64,000 bases of DNA from Synechococcus sp. (GTDB lineage: Bacteria > Cyanobacteriota > Cyanobacteriia > PCC-6307 > Cyanobiaceae): positions 96,001 to 160,000 of the forward strand of contig JBJBEO010000001.1 in the NCBI GenBank assembly GCA_047284725.1. The letters run 5' to 3'. Under the pieces are notes generated by a model. It ran no database searches and was not told the DNA's origin. It saw only the letters and a list, made by a program, of their open reading frames with translations. The translations under genes and the position numbers were made by a program. Below are positions 43,745 through 52,636 of the stretch, piece by piece. How positions within the stretch are numbered: position 1 is the stretch's first letter; every line of letters starts with the position of its first letter.

Positions 43745-44668
43745 TCAGGGGTTCCCAACGCCTTTGTTGTCGTCGTCATCACGCCGGGAGGCGTTGTTCA
43801 GCCGTTGCAGCAGTGAGGGTGGGCCGAGCTGCTCCAGACGGAACTGTGTCCCGTAGCTGGGTGTGGGGCGCTGGGAGAAAAAGCGTCTGCGTTGGGGAGT
43901 CCAGAAACGGCGAACGGCGCCCAGGAGGAAGCTGCGGCAGTGGAGTGCCAACCGCACGGCCTTGACTTGCCAGGCCGGAGCTTTTGGCCAGTTGAGACTG
44001 CTGAGGGTTTCCGGTTCCAGCAGGCTGCAGACAATGGACCGAAGCCATCGGTGCAAGGGCGCTGGCCAAGCTGCCAGCAGCATTGTGATCGTGGCCTCTG
44101 CAACGCGCTGGTTGCTTTCGGCACAGGCAAAAAGTTGATGATTGGCGCGCTGATTGAGCTCCATTAAGGCCTGCAGACTGCTGGGCCGTTGTTCAATGTT
44201 CATCAGGCTGCCCACATGATCCCAGAACTGGAATAACGCCTCCTGTTCCAGGGGCTGGAGTGCGCGCCAGCCATACCTCTCGATCCAGCGAATCGGCTCA
44301 GCCACGAAGCCGGAGAGCACGTAGGCGTACTCCGCCTGGCCAATGGCGTAGGTGCCATGAATTCGATTCAGTCGTTGGATGACGGCTTTCCCCTGGGGGG
44401 TATCGGGGCCGAGCCGCACCAGTTCCGCCACGATCAAGGCCGTATCGTCGTAACGCTTCCGGGGGCGTTGCTCGAACTCACCGGTTTGATGCAGCAAGCC
44501 TGAGATCGAGGGCAGGCAGAAGGTCTTCAGCAAGGCCAGTTCCAGGGCCCGGTTCATGTCCCATGGGAAGAGCAATCCCACCAGATCACGACACTGCTCC
44601 AGCACGAGGGGATCCAACCCTTGTGCCCTCTGCGTCTCGGAGCTTGGGTCTGATCCAGAAGACGTCAT
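43745..44668 (-). CDS. DUF2236 / MpaB / Lcp-like heme oxygenase family protein
   Basis: ALLKTFCLPSISGLLHQTGEF, KRYDDT, RLNRIH (putative heme His), YAYVLSGF and FWDHVG.LMNI. Confidence 0.82.
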   Translation of the reverse strand: MTSSGSDPSSETQRAQGLDPLVLEQCRDLVGLLFPWDMNRALELALLKTFCLPSISGLLHQTGEFEQRPRKRYDDTALIVAELVRLGPDTPQGKAVIQRLNRIHGTYAIGQAEYAYVLSGFVAEPIRWIERYGWRALQPLEQEALFQFWDHVGSLMNIEQRPSSLQALMELNQRANHQLFACAESNQRVAEATITMLLAAWPAPLHRWLRSIVCSLLEPETLSSLNWPKAPAWQVKAVRLALHCRSFLLGAVRRFWTPQRRRFFSQRPTPSYGTQFRLEQLGPPSLLQRLNNASRRDDDDNKGVGNP

Positions 44669-45144
44669 GGCAGTGATGGTCGCTGAAGGGTGTTGGGTCT
44701 GTCCCAGGTCTGGGCTTTCAAGCTCTCCAAAAGGAAGTCGACCCGTGGATCTCAAATCGATCGCATACAAGCAAAGGTACTTAATTAAATGTCGTTATCT
44801 ATGGATGGCTGGTCTTCTTATTCCATGTGGACCTGAGAGAAGAAAGTCGGTGTTGAGATTCGCGATCTAGATATCTTGATGGCCAGGAAGTCTTTGCATG
44901 CACATTTGTTTATTTTTACTTGGGTTGGTACGCGATGAGCCAATGCCTGCAGATACGACGACTTCATCCGCAGACGCTGTGAAATTGGTTCTCATTCTTG
45001 TTTTTTTGGGGCTCTCAACCCCTGCCCTGAGCATGAATTCATTGCATTGATGCACTGCTCTTGCAGTCAGTTTGTAGCGTTTTGTTGCTAATCTGCGCCA
45101 GAGCGCGGCTTTTTCTACCATTAAAAAAGAAGAATATCCTTTCA

Positions 45145-45777
45145 ATGCCTTTGGGTGATATCGCAGGTAAGTCATCGGCTTTGACGGTGATCACTCCTCT
45201 GTGGTGCTCTTGGATTAACCGCTTTTTGTTTGCTTTATATCGTTCTCTTCCCGCTCAATTCTTCCCACTGGTCAATCTTAAAATGATCCATTTCGCGAGA
45301 TGGGTTATTCTGCCAAAAGATCGGTGGCCAGGGCGTTCTAGGGATTTTAAGACACGCTATTCATACCTTTTATTTGCCTCCAATTTCAATGGTACTTGGG
45401 ATGTTTATCTCGATGAGTTTTCAGATGTGATTTCATTGGGAATGGACACAATGTGGTATCGCAGCATCGGCTATCCAAAGTCCATACCTAGCTCTCCATT
45501 CAAAGCTTATATCGACGACAACTCAATCGAGTGCTCTTACTATTATAATTCTCTTCCTGGATTTTCTCTTAGAGATGTCGCGAGTGCATTAAAAGTGCGT
45601 AAAGCGGTTGGCTGTTTGGAGGCTCATTTGTCTGCGCTTGATCAGGATAACCAGCTATCTGAATCTGCAAAAGATGACTTATTCTTTGAAAAATTTCAGG
45701 CTGTAATGGCTAATTTGGCCAACCATTTCCCATCGACAGGTAAGCCACCTCTGCATTCACACGATATTTCTTGTTAA
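45145..45777 (+). CDS. hypothetical 'HFAR-motif' protein 1
   Basis: 210-aa ORF with IHFARWVI, YLLFASNFNGTWDVYLDEF and W...GYP; first gene of a tight operon. ATG start at 45145 is inferred. Confidence 0.8.
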   Translation: MPLGDIAGKSSALTVITPLWCSWINRFLFALYRSLPAQFFPLVNLKMIHFARWVILPKDRWPGRSRDFKTRYSYLLFASNFNGTWDVYLDEFSDVISLGMDTMWYRSIGYPKSIPSSPFKAYIDDNSIECSYYYNSLPGFSLRDVASALKVRKAVGCLEAHLSALDQDNQLSESAKDDLFFEKFQAVMANLANHFPSTGKPPLHSHDISC

Positions 45778-45817
45778 GGCTTGTCAACTCGCTCAATCTT
45801 TAACGGATAAGATTTAT

Positions 45818-46990
45818 ATGCCCAGTAATGAAGCGGGATTCTACCAGTTAACGGCTCTGTTGCCGATCAAAGCGGGCACTTACTCAAGTTTATTGGGCGA
45901 GAATAATGCTTCTAATGCATTTGAAAGCACCCGCTCATATGTTCATCATCTGAAAGCTTACCTGAACAAATTGTCAGATTCATACTTGCAAGAGATTGAT
46001 GATAATCCTTCGGGCCCAAGTATTCCTCATTTATTTGATCATACGAGCCGCACTCATTTTGCAAGATTTGTTGTGATTGATCAGCTTTTCTACAATGGAA
46101 GGCGTCGGAATGATTCCCTTGTGGATTTTGTCAGATTGATGCTAAACAAAGATGTGCTTTCGAGAAAAGACAGGATTGACCAGTTGCACTCTTCTTATCT
46201 TCTTGTAGCTATTGACTTTGACTGCAGTCATGGTTCGACCACTTGCGTGCAAGATTATTTGTCGGAGCTATGGCCTTATGCTCAAGATGAATTGACTGAG
46301 ATCTTTTGGCACTGTGAGGGATTCGCATTGCCATCGCCTTTTAATGATCAATTCTGTCAAACATATGCCAACGATTGGTATCTTTATCAAGTCGTAGAAC
46401 GACTAATCTTGTCTCATGAGGTTGAGACAACTTACCCATTTTCTGCATACTTTTGGGCCGCCGAAAATGTGCGTCGATGGAATCCGTTGACAGATCAAGT
46501 TTCACCTTCTCGATTCCGCAATCGATGGGGATTGATTCTCGTAGGCACTCTACCCTTAATACTTATTTCTCTGGCACTGCTTATTCTACCTTTTTACATG
46601 GGCAGCTTCTTTTTTAATCTGTTGTATCAAGCAGCATTCCCAGATATAGACTTAAGTAATTTCTATTCAGCTTGGAATCAATGGGGGCTCATTGGCTTTT
46701 GCCTTTCCATTGCCTCTTTAATCTTGTTTATGTTTGCTTGGCGATATTTTGTTTCCAGTGCGAATCAATCTCTTGATCCAATAAATGGTGTCGACTTGAA
46801 ATCGATCTTGAAATCTCTTTACATTCAGTCTGAGCTCTTTAATATGTATAAAATATGGCAGGAACATGATCGCTTTGATCGATCCAGTTTACGTAAACGA
46901 TTTGCAAGGTTTCTCGACAAGACGAAACCCTCAGACATACATGCTCCCTCTTTGAAGCCTGGCAAATACTTTTCCACTTTCCCTGAATGA
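45818..46990 (+). CDS. hypothetical 'HFAR-motif' protein 2, with two TM helices
   Basis: THFARFVVI, YLLVAIDFD, YLSEL and IFWHCEGF; two hydrophobic segments in the C-terminal half. Confidence 0.8.
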   Translation: MPSNEAGFYQLTALLPIKAGTYSSLLGENNASNAFESTRSYVHHLKAYLNKLSDSYLQEIDDNPSGPSIPHLFDHTSRTHFARFVVIDQLFYNGRRRNDSLVDFVRLMLNKDVLSRKDRIDQLHSSYLLVAIDFDCSHGSTTCVQDYLSELWPYAQDELTEIFWHCEGFALPSPFNDQFCQTYANDWYLYQVVERLILSHEVETTYPFSAYFWAAENVRRWNPLTDQVSPSRFRNRWGLILVGTLPLILISLALLILPFYMGSFFFNLLYQAAFPDIDLSNFYSAWNQWGLIGFCLSIASLILFMFAWRYFVSSANQSLDPINGVDLKSILKSLYIQSELFNMYKIWQEHDRFDRSSLRKRFARFLDKTKPSDIHAPSLKPGKYFSTFPE

Positions 46991-48903
46991 TCATGGCTAC
47001 AACTTTTGACCGGCTTGATATTCAGGGAAATATTCTTTTGCCCTATGGACGTTCTTCTTATCCGATTGCTCGTCATTTTATTTTTCATAGTAGTGATAAG
47101 ACGAAAGCTCAAAGATTTTTACACTTAATTCTGCCTTCAATCACTACAGCTCAGTTTTTTCCCTCGAAACGTTCTGTTCAGATGCAGATTCCTGCTGAGC
47201 AAATGAGGAAGGACAATCCAGATGTCCTGCTGAATATTGCCTTTACGGCACCGGGGCTTAGGGCTTTTGGTGTTCCAGAATCAGCTCTTCGCCAGTTTCC
47301 AGATGCTTTTCTAGATGGAATGTGGAATAGATCGGAATTATTAAATGACAATCGATCAGACTGGAATCATGCTTGGAAGGATGATGAAGAGGTAAATATT
47401 ACTCATTTGATGGTTAGCTTGCGTGTTGCCTTCAATCCTTGTTTGAAAGAAGTCTGTTCAGCTAGACATGATACCTATTCAAAGTCTGATTATCATCGTC
47501 AAGAGACGTTTCGGCTGGCACGATCCAGAATGATTCAGCATCTGGATCGCGAAACGAACCACTTGCTGAATCAGACAGAGCAGCATGGTTTAGTTGCTCT
47601 CACAGGTCATTCCACTATGAATCCCAATACTAAATGGCTTGAGTGTGAATCACTTTGCCATTCCAGGCTTCAAGATCTTGCTATCGCTGGGCTAAGTGAC
47701 GAACAATGCGAGGTTCAACTAAATCAGCAAATTGATTTGGGCTATGTTTCTTCATCGGCAAAGCTTACCGATCTCCGCTATAGCGAATATGAGCATTTCG
47801 GATTTTTTGATGGTATTGGTGATCCTGTCTTTGATGGTCAATATCCATCTTCTTTTCAGGATGAAATGGCTCAGGGGCAAGGCCACCTCTCACGCGGGAA
47901 GTGGAGACCGATTGCACCTGGAGAATTTTTATTGGGTTATCCCAATGAGGCACAGGAGACTACATGCCATCCCATGCCTTATTCGTTTAGTAGAAATGGA
48001 ACCTTCATGGCTGTACGTAAACTAGATCAGAATGTTTCTGCCTTTCATAAGGCTTTGGAGAAGCAGACTCCGTTGTTGGATCACTGGCTTGATGAGTATC
48101 AAGACATCAGTTCACCGGATCAAATTGCCATCCCTAAGCATCTCCCCAAAGCGTTAAAATTACTTCGTGCCAAATTGGTTGGGCGTTGGGATGATGGCAC
48201 GCCGTTGGTGCATGCACCGACGTATGAATCCTGGCTTAGCTTTCGTGAACGTCTACTGACATTGGCTGGAGAAGCCAGAAAAGGTGGATCAATGGCGAAA
48301 GAAGCTTGGCAAGAATTTAAGACCAAGTTTACACTTTTCACTTTTGAGTCTGATGATGATAAGGGGATCAAGTGTCCATTTGCTTCACACATTCGTCGCA
48401 GCAATCCTCGAGACAGTGGTGATCCATCGGTTCGCAACGATGCCGACCGGTCAGAAAGGTCTCAAGCAAGTTCTTTGCTGGTGAATCGACGTCGAATTTT
48501 AAGGCGTGGTATGACCTATGGGCCACCACCGGATTTACAGCAAAATGTTGCTAGCGGAAATCACGAACCTCCTTCGAGCGAAAAAGAAAAAGGTACTTTC
48601 TTTGTTGGAATTTGCTCTGATCTAGCTAGGCAATTTGAGTTCATGCAGCAACAATGGTTGAACTATGGATCTGATTTTAATTTAGGTAATGATATTTGTC
48701 CGATTGCCGGAGCACTCCATCCTTCTTTGGACAGTCATCTGTCCAGTTCCAAGGTTTTGATGACATCAGAGAGGCGCGATGGAACGCTCACGCCTCCCTT
48801 CGTTGTCAGTCCATCATCGAGGCCAGTGGTGTGTCGCGGTGGAGCTTATTTCTTCGTCCCTAGCCTTTCGGCTATCCGTTTATTAGCTGACAATCGCTTC
48901 TAA
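46987..48903 (+). CDS. DyP-type (dye-decolorizing) heme peroxidase, unusually long
   Basis: DIQGNIL, LNIAFT..GL, EHFGFFDGI (GxxDG), NGTFMAVRKLDQNV, GRW.DG, HIRRSNPR (proximal His), RRILRRG (distal Arg), QFEFMQQQW and GGAYFFVPS. Confidence 0.93.
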   Translation: MIMATTFDRLDIQGNILLPYGRSSYPIARHFIFHSSDKTKAQRFLHLILPSITTAQFFPSKRSVQMQIPAEQMRKDNPDVLLNIAFTAPGLRAFGVPESALRQFPDAFLDGMWNRSELLNDNRSDWNHAWKDDEEVNITHLMVSLRVAFNPCLKEVCSARHDTYSKSDYHRQETFRLARSRMIQHLDRETNHLLNQTEQHGLVALTGHSTMNPNTKWLECESLCHSRLQDLAIAGLSDEQCEVQLNQQIDLGYVSSSAKLTDLRYSEYEHFGFFDGIGDPVFDGQYPSSFQDEMAQGQGHLSRGKWRPIAPGEFLLGYPNEAQETTCHPMPYSFSRNGTFMAVRKLDQNVSAFHKALEKQTPLLDHWLDEYQDISSPDQIAIPKHLPKALKLLRAKLVGRWDDGTPLVHAPTYESWLSFRERLLTLAGEARKGGSMAKEAWQEFKTKFTLFTFESDDDKGIKCPFASHIRRSNPRDSGDPSVRNDADRSERSQASSLLVNRRRILRRGMTYGPPPDLQQNVASGNHEPPSSEKEKGTFFVGICSDLARQFEFMQQQWLNYGSDFNLGNDICPIAGALHPSLDSHLSSSKVLMTSERRDGTLTPPFVVSPSSRPVVCRGGAYFFVPSLSAIRLLADNRF

Positions 48904-48919
48904 ACAACATTACCAACTA

Positions 48920-50800
48920 ATGATCATGATTATTCCATCTTTTTTGACGCCATTCTGCAGCATATTTTTCTTCCCGGCATCGTCAGTTGTTCTTGCTACT
49001 GCTAATTTGACTGAACAAAGCTTTCGTTCATATCTTGAGTCTTTTGGTCTGTTGATTGAGTCTTTTGTTCATGCGTTGTTGTCTCGCATTGAATTGCTTC
49101 TGCTGGCTGTTGTTCTTTTATATTTTTTCATGCGTTTCGCGCGTATTCTGTTTTTGTATTTTCTTCAACTAATTGAAACGACCGTTAGGGTAACTCACTT
49201 ATTTGGTGATGTCTTTGCAGCGCTATGTTGGGTTAACCCTCGTTATCGAATTAATCGTGCTTACGGCTATCAAGCAAATGCGATCTCTTCCCTTGTCTCT
49301 ATATCTTTACGTCTGGCGAAGGAAATCTTGCTTCTGCCTTTTGATTGGATGCGTTCACTCGGTCTTGCCTCGATTTTTGGGCCAGATTCAGTCACTGATA
49401 GTAAGCACTATTTAAGTAAGGCGTTCTACCCCTCTTTGCTGCAACGATTGACCATCATAAAACATCGGCACGTCACTATTTATTTTTACTTATCGTTCGT
49501 TCGCTTGTTTGTCCATCGCTTGACTGTGCCTTCGTGGTTTCCTGGCATCAGGATCAAGGAACTGAGTCATGGCGACCAATTCCCTGTGAAGCGTCACCTT
49601 CACCTTTTAAAGCGTCATGATGTCGAAGAAGTCTTGGAGCGCTCTGAGGACTTTCATGTTGTCTATGGCCCGAGAATGTGCGATATCACTCAAAATGGGC
49701 ATCCGTCTGGAAATTTCCTTCTTGGCATGCAGGCCTTATCTCCAACCTACACACGTGATATTTCTAATATGCGATTAATCTTTCGCCGTGATGATGTTGG
49801 TAGATGTCACTCCATTGCCTCCACTGCATCTGTTGACAGTTTTCTTGCCTTTGATATCCGAGCAGATGTCCCCCTCGATCTTGATGGGGCCAAAGTTCTG
49901 AGTTTACCGAAGGATCTTGTTTTACCTGTTATCAAAACGTTTGTTGAAGAGTATTTTGGCATTCGCCTTCCACTCCAAGCGCTAAATGTCGACGGAACGA
50001 CTGCAGTTGACTACAATCTTTTATGGTTTTCGCATCTTTTCCATTATATCTTTTACGATCTCAATGGTGACGATAGTAGAAGCATTGCGCTTGCATCTGC
50101 AGCTTTGTTTAATCAAGACCTAGATCAACAGATTGCTAGTGCGAAACAACAATTAAGCGAGCCTTTGGAGCATGTCGATACTGTGTTGTCTCGATGTATC
50201 AGACTTCAGCAATCTGGTACTCCTGGAATGGATAATCTTGCGATTCGGATTAATTTGACGGGATTTCTTGTGGGGGCAGTATTGCCGCTGATCAACACGA
50301 TTTGCCAGGTTGTCGATCAGTTGTTGTCTCGACCTCGTATTCTTCAAAAAGCCACACGCGCTGCGGATCAATCCGACCTTGTTTTGTTACAGGGATTTGT
50401 ATCCGAAGCTCTTCGTTTTGCACCGGGTGATCCTGTGATATATCGCCATTGTCGCAAGAAGGTAAAGTTAGTTAATGGGCCATTTCATTCTGCCATACCT
50501 GCCAATACCTTGGTGATGGCATGGAATTCCTCTGCAATGTTCGATCCAAAATATGTTGATAAGCCCTGGCAATTCAATCCCGCTAGACCTGCTAGAGACT
50601 ATTTGCACTTTGGTCATATGCATCATGTCTGTGCAGGTAAATATATTGTGATGTCTGTAATACCAGCGGTGCTTCGTGAATTATTGGTCCGCTATGACTT
50701 GTCTAGGGTCCCAGGTACGTGCGGTTATCCTTCAAAACATGGAATCACGGTTTCAGAATTTGATGTCCTAGTACGTCCTAGGCTCTGTTCTGATGAATGA
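48920..50800 (+). CDS. cytochrome P450 with N-terminal membrane extension and non-canonical I-helix
   Basis: EALRF (ExxR), SAMFDP, F.P.R meander, and heme motif HFGHMHHVCAG. I-helix reads GFLVGAVLPLINT. Confidence 0.88.
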   Translation: MIMIIPSFLTPFCSIFFFPASSVVLATANLTEQSFRSYLESFGLLIESFVHALLSRIELLLLAVVLLYFFMRFARILFLYFLQLIETTVRVTHLFGDVFAALCWVNPRYRINRAYGYQANAISSLVSISLRLAKEILLLPFDWMRSLGLASIFGPDSVTDSKHYLSKAFYPSLLQRLTIIKHRHVTIYFYLSFVRLFVHRLTVPSWFPGIRIKELSHGDQFPVKRHLHLLKRHDVEEVLERSEDFHVVYGPRMCDITQNGHPSGNFLLGMQALSPTYTRDISNMRLIFRRDDVGRCHSIASTASVDSFLAFDIRADVPLDLDGAKVLSLPKDLVLPVIKTFVEEYFGIRLPLQALNVDGTTAVDYNLLWFSHLFHYIFYDLNGDDSRSIALASAALFNQDLDQQIASAKQQLSEPLEHVDTVLSRCIRLQQSGTPGMDNLAIRINLTGFLVGAVLPLINTICQVVDQLLSRPRILQKATRAADQSDLVLLQGFVSEALRFAPGDPVIYRHCRKKVKLVNGPFHSAIPANTLVMAWNSSAMFDPKYVDKPWQFNPARPARDYLHFGHMHHVCAGKYIVMSVIPAVLRELLVRYDLSRVPGTCGYPSKHGITVSEFDVLVRPRLCSDE

Positions 50801-50824
50801 AAGACGTCTCTTCATTGTTTAACG

Positions 50825-52636
50825 ATGACTAACTCAGATCACCCGATAAGCGATTTGTCAGTCGATCATCTGCCTATTCGTTCTGATGTGGTCGATCTGC
50901 TCAGGCGTGCTGGCGTAGAGTTCTTTCGATTTCCATTGTCTCCTGAGGGAGATGAAATGGAGGAGTATTTTAAGTCTGATGATTATATTCATTGTCATTT
51001 CACTGAGGAAGCAGTCGCTGAAACTGGATCCGCAATTCATCTACTTGAAGCCTTCCTAAGAGATGTTCATCCAGAAGACCGTGAGTACATGAGAAGTGTG
51101 GCCAAGCAATTATTGGATAGTGATGGTTTTGGTAAAGACATTACAAGTCGTCCATTTCGTGGTGTGTCTCATGATGGACGTTGGTCTTGGTATGAAGTGC
51201 GCATGAATGTTCGCCCTCAAAAGGACCTTTTGATTTGCGAAGGACTGATGCTGAACGTGGATCTACAGCAAGAGTCGTTGATGACTTTGCAGACCAGTCT
51301 TTATCGCGATCAATTGACAGGTCTTGGAAACTTGAAGAGTGCTTATCCCCTGTTAAATGCATTCATTGCTAAAAGCTTGCCTTTTGCGCTTGTCTGGCTC
51401 GATTTGAAGGGCTTTGGGCGGCTCAATACCTATCTCGGTCGCACAACAGGTGATGAGATTCTTCGTGCTACGGCGTTTGCCTTGAAGAGTTGGATCCAAG
51501 ATGGTGATCATTTAATCAGACCTGATTCGGATGAATTTCTTGTCGTATTAAGTGGTCGAGATTCTAAGGCTGCTTACTCTGCTGCTCTTCACCTTTTGGA
51601 TGCCTTACCATCATTATTAGACTCGGGTGGCAACGCTTATTATCGTCTTGGATTTCATGCCGGGATAAGTTCATATCCAGAGCATGGCGAAGACGAGGAT
51701 TCAATTCTGTCGACTGCAGCCTCTGCACTGGATCAGGCCAGACGAATCAATTCTGCCACTGAGTCAGTGGTTGTATTCGGTGATGACATCACATCAAGAA
51801 CGGCTGAATTATTAAACCTTGAAATCAGCCTACGCCAGGCTGTTGAAAAAAATGAATTTAGGCTTCTTTATCAACCACAATGGAATATATCCGGCCAGAT
51901 TATTGGTGCTGAGGCACTATTGCGTTGGAAGAGTGTAAGTCTTGGCCCTGTTGGGCCTGGCATTTTTATACCTCTTTCTGAGCAAACTGGTCAAATTCAT
52001 CAGATTGGAGAGTGGGTTGTTGAAAACGCTTGTCGAGCACTCTCGACCCTGAAAGCGCGTATGAATAATCCTCCAACTCTTTCCATTAACATCTCAGCAA
52101 GTCAACTTTCTTCGCGCCAACATGATGTCTTGACGTGTTTGTTGCGAAATCTGCACCGCTTTCAGGTATCACCTAATCAATTGCATGTTGAGATCACCGA
52201 GTCTGGATTTTTAGATGACTTGGCGATTCGCCGTCTGAAGGGTTTGTACGACGCTGGCATTTGTCTACATATCGATGATTTTGGAACTGGCTTCGCCAGC
52301 CTTTCTAGCCTGTTATCGATTCCCATTCATTCGCTCAAGTTAGATCAGAGCTTTGTCGCTAAGTTGCATTCAACTGAGCCCGACAGTTTGGCAATCGTTT
52401 CTCCTGTCAAGCCATCTATCGCTATTTTGAAGGCTAGTCTTGCTCTTTCAACATCCATTGGTTCTCAAGCAATTGTTGAGGGGGTCGAAACAAAGGAACA
52501 GTTCGCCACTCTCTGTGATATGGGTTATCAAATTTTCCAAGGATACTATTTCTCTAAACCTCTTGAATTTGATGAGTACTGTAGTCTTTTGGATGATCAA
52601 GCATCCAAAGCAGATTTATTTTCATTAGCATCATAG
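50825..52636 (+). CDS. PAS + degenerate GGDEF + EAL protein (probable c-di-GMP phosphodiesterase)
   Basis: PAS (VHPEDR..DGRWSW); GGDEF degenerate (DLKGFG, NTYLGR, RPDSDEF); EAL intact (EALLR, EITE, DDFGTG, LKLD, EGVE, FQGY). Confidence 0.92.
   Translation: MTNSDHPISDLSVDHLPIRSDVVDLLRRAGVEFFRFPLSPEGDEMEEYFKSDDYIHCHFTEEAVAETGSAIHLLEAFLRDVHPEDREYMRSVAKQLLDSDGFGKDITSRPFRGVSHDGRWSWYEVRMNVRPQKDLLICEGLMLNVDLQQESLMTLQTSLYRDQLTGLGNLKSAYPLLNAFIAKSLPFALVWLDLKGFGRLNTYLGRTTGDEILRATAFALKSWIQDGDHLIRPDSDEFLVVLSGRDSKAAYSAALHLLDALPSLLDSGGNAYYRLGFHAGISSYPEHGEDEDSILSTAASALDQARRINSATESVVVFGDDITSRTAELLNLEISLRQAVEKNEFRLLYQPQWNISGQIIGAEALLRWKSVSLGPVGPGIFIPLSEQTGQIHQIGEWVVENACRALSTLKARMNNPPTLSINISASQLSSRQHDVLTCLLRNLHRFQVSPNQLHVEITESGFLDDLAIRRLKGLYDAGICLHIDDFGTGFASLSSLLSIPIHSLKLDQSFVAKLHSTEPDSLAIVSPVKPSIAILKASLALSTSIGSQAIVEGVETKEQFATLCDMGYQIFQGYYFSKPLEFDEYCSLLDDQASKADLFSLAS

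Noticed and set aside
46987..48903. Encapsulin-cargo or Tat-exported DyP
   Set aside because: There is no encapsulin shell gene, no C-terminal GSLxIGSL-like targeting peptide and no twin-arginine signal.
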